The translations under genes and the position numbers were made by a program. From Chitinophagales bacterium (GTDB lineage: Bacteria > Bacteroidota > Bacteroidia > Chitinophagales > CAIOSU01): a stretch of DNA of 64,000 nt. This document shows positions 48,056-56,062 of the stretch, piece by piece. The stretch's first letter is position 1; the number at the start of each line of letters is the position of its first letter. The notes under the pieces are model-generated. The model made no database searches and was not told the DNA's origin. It worked only from the letters and a program-made list of their open reading frames with translations. Location: assembly GCA_034440455.1 (NCBI GenBank), contig JAWXCB010000062.1, forward strand, positions 3,624 to 67,623. Direction: 5' to 3'.

Positions 48056-48845
48056 TGGGCGTTATCACCTGAAGCATGTAAACTCCAGTCGGATTTGAAA
48101 AGTCGAGTATGGTTTGGTTTCTCCCGGGCTGAATGAGGAGTGAACTGTTGAGAATTGTTCTGCCGGTTAAGTCAATTATCAGAAACTCAGAAAGGCAGCC
48201 GGTGACGGCTTGAAAATCAACCTGAATTTTTTTGCTTTGTACATGAGGTATCACCGAAATATTTTTCACAGGTTGAATGGAAGAAGTTGATAGCGTTTCT
48301 TCAATGGGAACCCTGTAAATAACGGGCCAAGGAAAATCACCGCAAAGCACACCGCCAAGAACACAGCCGTGTGGTTTCGTATAGATTGTCGCTCCGTTTG
48401 TAGCGCTGGTGTTAGCCTCTGTAGGCAAACCATATAAATGGATGCATCCGAAGGCTTTGTTGCTGTTGGCGGGGGAAAACATTCCGGGAGTGTCCGATGG
48501 GTTGCCGCTGTACATTTCGTAAGTGATGCCGGGCGGCAATCCTCCGATTGAATCGAAAACCATATACTCCAGCATGGCGGTGACCGGAAAAGGTAAAGGT
48601 TGTCCCGTTTGCGGATTGGAAGATACTGTGATGGAGTTTTCAAAAATAAAATGGATGTGACGGTCATAAGGCTCGTTGACCAATGCGGGGGACATTTCAT
48701 TCGAATCAGGAATCATGCACAAGGGGTCAGTGGCAACCTGAAGGGTGCAAGCAGAAAGACTAGGCACACATTGCGCTAACGAATGTTGAATCGCCATTGG
48801 GAACAAGACGGAAAAAGCGATGAATAACTTTACTAGTTTTTGCAT
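48024..48845 (-). CDS. Secreted protein with T9SS C-terminal sorting domain
   Basis: Signal peptide. C-terminal GVYMLQVITPNGISTKRFIW-type Por secretion tail. Confidence 0.7.
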   Translation of the reverse strand: MQKLVKLFIAFSVLFPMAIQHSLAQCVPSLSACTLQVATDPLCMIPDSNEMSPALVNEPYDRHIHFIFENSITVSSNPQTGQPLPFPVTAMLEYMVFDSIGGLPPGITYEMYSGNPSDTPGMFSPANSNKAFGCIHLYGLPTEANTSATNGATIYTKPHGCVLGGVLCGDFPWPVIYRVPIEETLSTSSIQPVKNISVIPHVQSKKIQVDFQAVTGCLSEFLIIDLTGRTILNSSLLIQPGRNQTILDFSNPTGVYMLQVITPNGISTKRFIW

Positions 48846-48922
48846 TGATGTTATATTAAAATTATATGGCTACTAAATTAAGTGAATTCCCGGGTGAACC
48901 CTAATCTGATTTTTTAGATGCA

Positions 48923-50080
48923 TCATTTAAGAATATCTTCTTTTATCTCCTTTTTCTTTCTGAAACGCGAGAAGAATCCCGGCAGTTTTTTAGAGGTATC
49001 CTTGAAATTGAAATCCAGTTTTACGAGCGGAGGTATGGTGTCGCCCAGCAGAAAGCCCCAGGGTTTGAGGGATTCGATGCGGTCGAAGATGAGTTTGATA
49101 AGCGCAGTGAGCGGAATGGCGAGGAACATGCCGGGGATGCCCCACAGGGCGGCTCCTGCAATGACAGCGAGGATGCAGACAAGGGCATTGAGCTTCACTT
49201 TTGAGCCGACTATTTTAGGGACGAGGAAGTAATTATCTAAGAACTGAATGAATCCATACAGCAGAAAAACGTAGAGTATATAAATGGGTGCTTTGGTAAC
49301 TAAGGCAATGATCATGAAGATTAAAACTCCGATTAGCCCACCGAGATAGGGGATGAGGTTGAGGAACGCCCCGGCAATGCCGAGCAGGATGGCGTATTCA
49401 ATACCAAGAATGAGCAACCCCGCGGAATTGAGAACGGCTAAGATGACAAACTCCGCAAACAGACCAACGAGATAGTTTTGGATAATCCCTTTTGTTTCGG
49501 TTAATATTTCGCGCACTCTCTTGTCGTTGCCAACGCCAAAGAGCTGATGGATGAACTCAAGCAGGTGGGGCTGGTAAAATAAAATCATGAAAACATAAAC
49601 GGGGGTGAGGAAGGTTGCCGTGAGCATGCCGCCCATCGAAGTGAGCGTGGAGCCGATGGCAGCGCTGCTGTTTTTCAGCAATTCGTCTTTTTCATGGATA
49701 ATCCACGCGTTGATTTTCTGGGCGCTGATATTGAAATAACCGGAAGCCCATGCAACGGCACTTTCAATCAATTCCTGAAATTTATCTGTCAATTGCGGCA
49801 ATGCTTCCCTGAACCTGCTTGCCTGTGATGATAATAAGGCGATAAGCCCGGCAACTATCAAAAGGGTGATTAACAAAACGCCTGTGATAGCAACAGCGCG
49901 GTTTATTTTTTTCCTCACGAAGAAATTCACCATCGGGCTAATGAGGATGGCGATGATGATCGCAAAAATCAAAGGAAGAATTATAGTCTGCCCGATGGAC
50001 AACATGCTAACCAACACATAGAACCCGATAAAGAGGAGCGATGTCTTTATGTAGAAAGGGAATTTGAAGGGCGTGTTCAT
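48923..50080 (-). CDS. AI-2E family transporter (PerM/UPF0118)
   Basis: Polytopic. The PYLGGLIGVLIFMI ... VPKIVGSKVKLNALV region is typical. Start taken at MNTPFKF. Confidence 0.8.
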   Translation of the reverse strand: MNTPFKFPFYIKTSLLFIGFYVLVSMLSIGQTIILPLIFAIIIAILISPMVNFFVRKKINRAVAITGVLLITLLIVAGLIALLSSQASRFREALPQLTDKFQELIESAVAWASGYFNISAQKINAWIIHEKDELLKNSSAAIGSTLTSMGGMLTATFLTPVYVFMILFYQPHLLEFIHQLFGVGNDKRVREILTETKGIIQNYLVGLFAEFVILAVLNSAGLLILGIEYAILLGIAGAFLNLIPYLGGLIGVLIFMIIALVTKAPIYILYVFLLYGFIQFLDNYFLVPKIVGSKVKLNALVCILAVIAGAALWGIPGMFLAIPLTALIKLIFDRIESLKPWGFLLGDTIPPLVKLDFNFKDTSKKLPGFFSRFRKKKEIKEDILK

Positions 50081-50125
50081 TTGTGTGCGCAGCTTGTAAG
50101 CGTAGCAACATGCCACGCCCGTGGA

Positions 50126-50425
50126 TTACTTGTGCTTCTTTTTCAGTAATACATTTTTCAAAATCAATTCCAAATCTTTCCAGACCTGCATCAGGAATAC
50201 GGGAAGAATATTTTTGACGTTCGAACTATAAATTCCGATGATAGACAGCGTGAAGAAATACAAGCTGGTCATTAAAATCAGGATCCCTATCACCATCGGG
50301 TTGATGTTAGGCAGCGTGCTGGAAGAGTAACACCCGCTGGAACTGCAATTAATGTTCATGATGGGAACAGATATAATCAGTAAGAAAAGACTGACAATCA
50401 AGCCAATGATTGATAACACTTTCAT
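50126..50425 (-). CDS. Small membrane protein
   Basis: 99 aa with two hydrophobic helices and a basic tail. Confidence 0.45.
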   Translation of the reverse strand: MKVLSIIGLIVSLFLLIISVPIMNINCSSSGCYSSSTLPNINPMVIGILILMTSLYFFTLSIIGIYSSNVKNILPVFLMQVWKDLELILKNVLLKKKHK

Positions 50426-50474
50426 AATTGCCTCCTTCTTTTAAACTCCTGCGAATGAACATGCTGCTAATGGC

Positions 50475-50624
50475 TCAAGCATTCCTGCGAATCATCCGAA
50501 GCAGCACAGCAATCACTGCAATTACCAATAAGATATGGATGATTCCACCCGCATGAAAAGCAAAGAATCCCACCGCCCATCCTATTACCAGGATTACGGC
50601 AACAAGATAAAGTAAATTGATCAT
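50475..50624 (-). CDS. lmo0937-family small membrane protein (not in ORF track, 49 aa)
   Basis: Minus-strand ATG at 50622-50624. MINLLYLVAVILVIGWAVGFFAFHAGGIIHILLVIAVIAVLLRMIRRNA matches the conserved two-helix lmo0937 pattern (GG.IH.LLVIA). Confidence 0.7.
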   Translation of the reverse strand: MINLLYLVAVILVIGWAVGFFAFHAGGIIHILLVIAVIAVLLRMIRRNA

Positions 50625-50754
50625 GATTTTGCATTTTTCGTATCTCGCAAACTGACGGGTCAGGAGGTTAAAAATTTTTTAACAACACAAACATAGATCG
50701 CTACCTGTTTAAAAGTAATGATATAAGTCATTTAATGGGTAATCCAACCCGCAT

Positions 50755-51603
50755 TCATTGAAGAGAGTTCTTGTCACTTCTAATAATTATCTCAACAGTG
50801 TCCTGCGGCTCATCTACCATCGAAACATGCAGCTTGCCATAAAGGCTATATTCTATTTCATCTTTTTTGAAAGCGAAGTTCCAGGCAGTGCGGGCAATTT
50901 TCAGGTCGCCTACTTGCACAGCGGTTTCTATAAAAGTCGTATCGGTTTTTTTCAGTTGCACCGGTTCGGTTATTGAAATGGCGCCATCAAACAATTTAGG
51001 AAAGTCAAGTTTGAACGAACCGTCAAGGAGCATGAATTCAAACTGATTAAGATTAATGACTTGCAAAACAGCGCTCAGGGATATTTCGTGTAACCGTAGT
51101 TTTTCAAGGTCAATATCCCGGATTGTAACTTCCGGAGGTATCGGAACCTTGATGCGCTTGGTAATTGTAAATGGGACCAAATTATTTCCCTTGCCTGGCA
51201 AGCGCAAGTATGGTTCGAGTTTTATGATAAGGTAGGTGCTGTCTTTTACCTGCAATTTATCTATCGTGGAGAAAAGCCTGTCTTTATCCATGCCCAGCGG
51301 AAGGTCAATGATGGTGTCGGCAGTTTCACTGCCAAATTCTTTTATGCCGCTTGAAAATTCAACTGAATCAAACGAAACAATGTAACGCATGCTGTCAAGC
51401 AGCCTGTCTGCGATGGCATTGTTAGGAACGACCACTCTTATTTTTAAAAAAATGCTATCAGGTTCCAACGTGATATAAACGCGGCTGATTTTAATCTGCT
51501 CAGGGAGCTTGATAGTTATCCAACGCCTTATTCCGAAAACCAGAAGAACCAAAGCCCCAAGCAAAATGGATACAATGAGGATAATCCGATTCCTCTTTTT
51601 CAT
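50755..51603 (-). CDS. Membrane-anchored hypothetical protein, possibly LEA-2/WHy-like
   Basis: 282 aa with an N-terminal TM followed by beta-rich repeats. The family is a guess. Confidence 0.55.
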   Translation of the reverse strand: MKKRNRIILIVSILLGALVLLVFGIRRWITIKLPEQIKISRVYITLEPDSIFLKIRVVVPNNAIADRLLDSMRYIVSFDSVEFSSGIKEFGSETADTIIDLPLGMDKDRLFSTIDKLQVKDSTYLIIKLEPYLRLPGKGNNLVPFTITKRIKVPIPPEVTIRDIDLEKLRLHEISLSAVLQVINLNQFEFMLLDGSFKLDFPKLFDGAISITEPVQLKKTDTTFIETAVQVGDLKIARTAWNFAFKKDEIEYSLYGKLHVSMVDEPQDTVEIIIRSDKNSLQ

Positions 51604-51613
51604 CGGAGATGAT

Positions 51614-51730
51614 TCAACATTTGCCGAGCAACCAGTAGAGCAGAACGAAAATCAGGATAGTAGAGAAGCATCCACCCCCCAACTTATAAGCTCCAAAACC
51701 GGCAAAGAGTGTTTTGAAAAAATTATTCAT
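51614..51730 (-). CDS. Very small membrane protein (38 aa, not in ORF track)
   Basis: MNNFFKTLFAGFGAYKLGGGCFSTILIFVLLYWLLGKC. Its stop is 10 nt before the next start. Confidence 0.35.
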   Translation of the reverse strand: MNNFFKTLFAGFGAYKLGGGCFSTILIFVLLYWLLGKC

Positions 51731-51849
51731 ACATGCGGAGTTAATTTTTCATTCCTACACCTAAAATACTGATACCCTGTTGAAAAACAAACAATTGGTT
51801 GAAGTGAGTTTAGGCAGAAAGTAAATTTAAGATGCGCATTCATTCAATT

Positions 51850-52266
51850 TCAGAAAATGGTTTCATGATTGGCAGCGCCATTTATCTTCGCTTCCCGCTT
51901 GCTCCTGATGATTCTTAAAAGCCCTTTTCCCATTGATAGAGCAGCTTCAGGATTTTTTGTTACACTGGTAATTCCGAATAATACAACAGAAGTGAACAGT
52001 TTCTTTAGTGGAGTGTTTGATACGCTTTCAAGTGAAATTTTTAAAAGATAACCTGCTGTGAGACCGACAGAGGTGTTGAGGATGTCGTGCTTTAAATCCT
52101 GTGATTCTGCTGCTTCTTTGAACGTGCTTTTGATGAGGTTAATCGGCTTGATGCTTTCAAAGGCGAACTTGAATTGTTCTTTCAGCATCTGCCCTTCCTC
52201 TGCGTGTTTGACTTCTAATGCAAGGATGGCAGCCCGGAGCTTTGTTGATGAATCTATATTTTTCAT
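51850..52266 (-). CDS. Hypothetical protein, third gene of the YtxH operon
   Basis: ORF from MKNIDSS with an amphipathic N-half and a hydrophobic segment LFTSVVLFGITSV. Confidence 0.55.
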   Translation of the reverse strand: MKNIDSSTKLRAAILALEVKHAEEGQMLKEQFKFAFESIKPINLIKSTFKEAAESQDLKHDILNTSVGLTAGYLLKISLESVSNTPLKKLFTSVVLFGITSVTKNPEAALSMGKGLLRIIRSKREAKINGAANHETIF

Positions 52267-52274
52267 GCTGTTGC

Positions 52275-52616
52275 TTATTGAAGCGCGTGTGTGATGATTA
52301 ATTCGCTGACAGGTTTTTTTATCCATTTGTGCAGAAAAAAATGCAACACGATTCCTCCCACAAGATAAAATGCCGCAACAATAAAAAAACCATAATAAGA
52401 TTTGCCGAGCATCTCACCCAGCATCAGCGCAATGCCGATGTTCAGCACCAATGCGAACAGGGAGAGCATGATGATGGCGCTGAGGCGTGAGACCAATTCA
52501 GTTATCACTAAGGTGAACATCTCTACGGTTTTCAACTTTGAAAGCTCGTAGCTTGTTTTACTGTATGATTCAACCCGCTCAAATAAACTTTCAATTTGGC
52601 TTGCTGGAATTTCCAT
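52275..52616 (-). CDS. Phage holin family (Holin-X/DUF1469-like) membrane protein
   Basis: Start MEIPASQIESLFERVESY at 52616. Two TM helices. This partner commonly follows YtxH genes. Confidence 0.6.
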   Translation of the reverse strand: MEIPASQIESLFERVESYSKTSYELSKLKTVEMFTLVITELVSRLSAIIMLSLFALVLNIGIALMLGEMLGKSYYGFFIVAAFYLVGGIVLHFFLHKWIKKPVSELIITHALQ

Positions 52617-52853
52617 GTTGCTTATTTTTAGTTGTGAGAGAAGATGCAGGCGGGTAACAGGAGATAAAGCACACGGAATTCGCCCGCTGCTACATAGCAC
52701 CACAAGCCTTTGTTTGACCAATCTTGTTCAATTTCAATAATGATAGGGTATTTGATTTGGTAATCAGACACAAACACATCCGGTAGCAGTTCTTCCATGT
52801 TGCTGTTTTTTTGATTGAAGAATATGCGCCAGGAATTACCCTGGCGCATTCTT

Positions 52854-53135
52854 TTACCTTGAGGCAGCGTTCACCACTGCTTCAACTTCTTCCGGTTTTG
52901 GTTGTCCATCTTTCGACATGCGGTGTGTGACTTCTTCTTTCACCGTTTCATATTTCTTGTTGATGCTTTCAATGAACTCATTGAATTTCTCTTCCAGACC
53001 TTCAACGTACTCATCGCTTTTTTTGGAAATTTTCTTCCGCGTGTTTGAACCTTTATCGGGAGCGAATAAGATTCCTAAGGTAGCGCCAACGGCAGCTCCT
53101 GCCAGTAAGCCTAATAATACTTTTCCTGAACTCAT
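52854..53135 (-). CDS. YtxH domain-containing general stress protein
   Basis: MSSGKVLLGLLAGAAVGATLGILFAPDKGSNTRKKI is the YtxH signature. Start at the internal Met (53135). Confidence 0.85.
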   Translation of the reverse strand: MSSGKVLLGLLAGAAVGATLGILFAPDKGSNTRKKISKKSDEYVEGLEEKFNEFIESINKKYETVKEEVTHRMSKDGQPKPEEVEAVVNAASR

Positions 53136-53171
53136 GTTATTTGATTTTAATTGTGATTTAAATAATGACAA

Positions 53172-53244
53172 GTACAAAGGTGAGTCCATCTCTGATGATT
53201 ACCGTTACACAATTACGGGAAAGAGTTACATCATTCACACATTT
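53172..53244 (-). promoter_or_regulatory. Stress-module copy I (upstream of YtxH operon)
   Basis: Gene strand: AAATGTGTGAATGATGTAAC-N9-GTAATTGTGTAAC-GGTAAT-N13-GACTCACCTTTGTAC. Spacings 21 and 25. Confidence 0.8.
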
Positions 53245-53323
53245 GATGGGTGAAGGAAGGAGGAGATAACTTCAACTTTTCAAAAATTCATCACATAGAT
53301 GCGATGAAAATGATGCAATGTTT

Positions 53324-53947
53324 TTATGAAATGAATTCTTTAAATTGTTCCAATATCATGTAAGATGCCGGAGGCGAACCCCATTCCGTATGAGCATCAA
53401 CCCAATCATCAAAATACGGAGTAGCTAATAATGCTTTTACTTCTTCTATCAGGTACTTTCTCAATTCAGGAGCGCTTTGACGTAATTCTTCCCAAATATT
53501 TGCTCTGTTTTCAAGGATGTACACAATGTCCTCAAAATCTTTACTTGTTATTCCATTTCCTTTACCTCGTTCTTTAAAGGCTTCCAGTTTACTTGCAATA
53601 AAAAAAGGCGCATCGAATATTTTCACAACATGCTCTTTATCTATCGTATAATCTATAGCAGTCTTAAAGCCTTCTGAGTACCAGCGACTTTTGAATCCTA
53701 AAACTTCTCCTGTTGTTGGCATCACATCAACAATAATATCCTGCACGATGTACCTGCAAATGATATTGGATGTCATATCGTTTTTGAAACCAAGCTCTAT
53801 GAATTGTTTGTCAATTTCTGCGTAGCTGCTATATGTCATTACCTCCACAACCACGTCCACATCTTTCGTAGGTCTTGCTTCTGAGGAGAAATCATCTGCA
53901 TATAAGGAAACACTTGCACCGCCAACGAAAACTATTTTTTCCCGCAT
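53324..53947 (-). CDS. Nucleotidyltransferase-fold protein (AbiEii-like or MNT-like toxin candidate)
   Basis: FVGGASVSLY...RPTKDVDVVVEV fits the GS...DxD nucleotidyltransferase motif. 207 aa in an AT-rich segment. Confidence 0.5.
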   Translation of the reverse strand: MREKIVFVGGASVSLYADDFSSEARPTKDVDVVVEVMTYSSYAEIDKQFIELGFKNDMTSNIICRYIVQDIIVDVMPTTGEVLGFKSRWYSEGFKTAIDYTIDKEHVVKIFDAPFFIASKLEAFKERGKGNGITSKDFEDIVYILENRANIWEELRQSAPELRKYLIEEVKALLATPYFDDWVDAHTEWGSPPASYMILEQFKEFIS

Positions 53948-53953
53948 CGTCCC

Positions 53954-53975
53954 AAAAGCGGTCTAGACCGCTTTT
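53954..53975. promoter_or_regulatory. Perfect 22-bp palindrome between the wHTH and nucleotidyltransferase genes
   Basis: AAAAGCGGTCTAGACCGCTTTT. As RNA it gives a 9-bp stem with a CTAG loop, in the 40-nt intercistronic gap. Confidence 0.6.
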
Positions 53976-53987
53976 ATGTTATCAATA

Positions 53988-54515
53988 TTAGCCTGGTGAC
54001 TCATTCAGCAGCATTTTATCCAATTCAGAACTTGCAATCTCAATCTCTCTTGTTCGTCCTATCCTAAGAACATCCGTTAACGCCAACAGCTTATATAGTA
54101 GTTCATCATTGTGAACAGCGAGTATCTGATTGGGATAATAGAGTTCAATAACATTACCTCTAACTGAACCTTTAATAGAAGGACAGACATATATCAAATC
54201 ACTGTTAAAATGCTGTTTCATGAAAGGGTGCGCATGAGCGGTTGGGATCCCTTTTGCCATCGCGCCTCCAGTAGGCGGAAAAACATACCGGAGACCATGT
54301 TTAAGAAACTCAAAGAAATTTTTTCGTTTAACACGGGTTTTGTTGTAATCCATCAAATCCGCAAAGCTGCTCCTGTTTATAGATTCTGAAACCTCCGAAG
54401 GACTGATATGGAGAGATTAAGATAAGTCTTTAAATTTCCATTCCTTTTCACCGATAGCAACTATTTTGAGCAGTATTACTATATCTTGTGGACGCATGCT
54501 CCTGTGCTTACTCAT
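53988..54515 (-). pseudogene. wHTH regulator/antitoxin-like gene interrupted by an in-frame TAA
   Basis: Minus ATG at 54515 gives MSKHRSMRPQDIVILLKIVAIGEKEWKFKDLS, then TAA at 54417-54419. The same frame continues SLHISPSEVSESINRSSFADLMDYNKTRV... into track ORF 53988..54356. Confidence 0.6.
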
Positions 54516-54532
54516 AAGACAACCTAAACAAT

Positions 54533-54551
54533 AATTCGCAATTTGCGAATT
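54533..54551. promoter_or_regulatory. Perfect 19-bp palindrome, candidate operator of the wHTH/NTase pair
   Basis: AATTCGCAA-T-TTGCGAATT, located 18 nt upstream of the ATG at 54515. Confidence 0.5.
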
Positions 54552-54718
54552 GCCATAAAACCGACCATTGAATTTCATCTAATCCACCTGATGCTTCGAT
54601 CTGATAGATGGAAGTTGCTTCAAGAAGAATTAAGGGTGCAGAATATTAAAGATTACAGGATATGGGATGATGTGTGGGACATCTTCCACTCAGGCTTGTG
54701 ATTCGGTATAAACCAATT

Positions 54719-56011
54719 TCAATACACCTCATTCACCCCGAAATAAAATCCTTTATCCTCTTTGGTTTTACCATGCGCATAATCCATTCTGATCATATTT
54801 CTTTCTTTTGGATTGACGACAAAACGAAGCCCGACCCCCACCGCCCAATTTATTGTTTGAAAACTGAAGTCTGACGGCACACGGGCAACATCTCCTGCCG
54901 ATGTAAATAAGGTACCCCTGAAACGCCACACAAGCGGGAACCGCCATTCCACCTGCGCGAGCCACATTTCCATGTCGCGATAGCGCCCTTCATAATATCC
55001 TCTGCCCAGATATTGCCCGCCATGCAATGCCATCAACCGGAAAGGCGGCTCACCGAAATTTGCCGACATGTAAGCGCGCACAGCGAGTACGTGTTTGCCT
55101 TTTTTGGGATTAAAAAAATGCCTGTAGTCAAACTCAAGATTGTAAAAACTGAACTGCTCTTCACTTGACCACTTTGGATGGTTATAGTTTGACAAGGAAA
55201 TGTAATAGCCCTTGTACGGAAATATGTTGTTGTCTCTCGTATCTAAAACCAGCGCTGCGCCAATTCCAACGGTTTGGTATCCGTTTTTTCCTGAAACATC
55301 AGCTCTGGCAAAAGTGGAGTCGGCAGCATACTGCATATCAAAAATTTTGCTGAACCTGACTTGCGGTCCGATATAGAGCTTTTTGATTTTGTATAAAAGC
55401 CGAAGATCAGAATACCAATGCTGGAATTCAGTAATCTCGCGGCTTTCATATTCCGTATTATTTCCGATTCCATAAAAGTCCTGAAGCCAATTTTGATATT
55501 GCACGATTCCATCCATCCAGATGCGGTTGTTCTTGCCGAGAAACAGTTCATACTCCATGAAAGCCTCGTACTGCTTGTTCAACGTGTATTGACCTTTGAA
55601 ACGAAAAACGGATTGGTGGTTGTCGGGAGTTTTTCGCTGGCGGAAATAAAGCTGAAGCGTTCCTCCGAATGACAGGTTGGTTTCGGGCAGATATGCGACA
55701 ATCGGAAATCCAATCACGTTGAAGTTTATAGTCGAATCTTTTTTGAAAACATGTGTCAGTTTTTTCCATTTCTCCTTGTCCGCGCCATTTTCAGTAGTGA
55801 TAACTGCCGCTGAATCGCCACGCCCTTGTGTGCTGATAGAATCTTCACTTATTCGAATAATGGTGTCATTTATCGTGATGATGGTGTCTTTTACTGTAAG
55901 GACAGTATCCTGATTCTCCTGTGCGAACGCGGCATGAGGCAAGCACATGAGCAATGCGCTCACGAGCATGCTTAAACTATTGACGAAGATGTTAGGATAC
56001 TTTTCCTTCAC
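54719..56011 (-). CDS. BamA/TamA (Omp85) family outer-membrane protein
   Basis: 430 aa with a signal peptide and a C-terminal surface-antigen barrel (GVGLRFVVNP...MDYAHG...GFYFGVNEVY). Confidence 0.7.
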   Translation of the reverse strand: MKEKYPNIFVNSLSMLVSALLMCLPHAAFAQENQDTVLTVKDTIITINDTIIRISEDSISTQGRGDSAAVITTENGADKEKWKKLTHVFKKDSTINFNVIGFPIVAYLPETNLSFGGTLQLYFRQRKTPDNHQSVFRFKGQYTLNKQYEAFMEYELFLGKNNRIWMDGIVQYQNWLQDFYGIGNNTEYESREITEFQHWYSDLRLLYKIKKLYIGPQVRFSKIFDMQYAADSTFARADVSGKNGYQTVGIGAALVLDTRDNNIFPYKGYYISLSNYNHPKWSSEEQFSFYNLEFDYRHFFNPKKGKHVLAVRAYMSANFGEPPFRLMALHGGQYLGRGYYEGRYRDMEMWLAQVEWRFPLVWRFRGTLFTSAGDVARVPSDFSFQTINWAVGVGLRFVVNPKERNMIRMDYAHGKTKEDKGFYFGVNEVY

Positions 56012-56062
56012 AGAATGTTTAAAAAAAATAACTGGGTTTCAATTCGGGATATACAGAACTCC

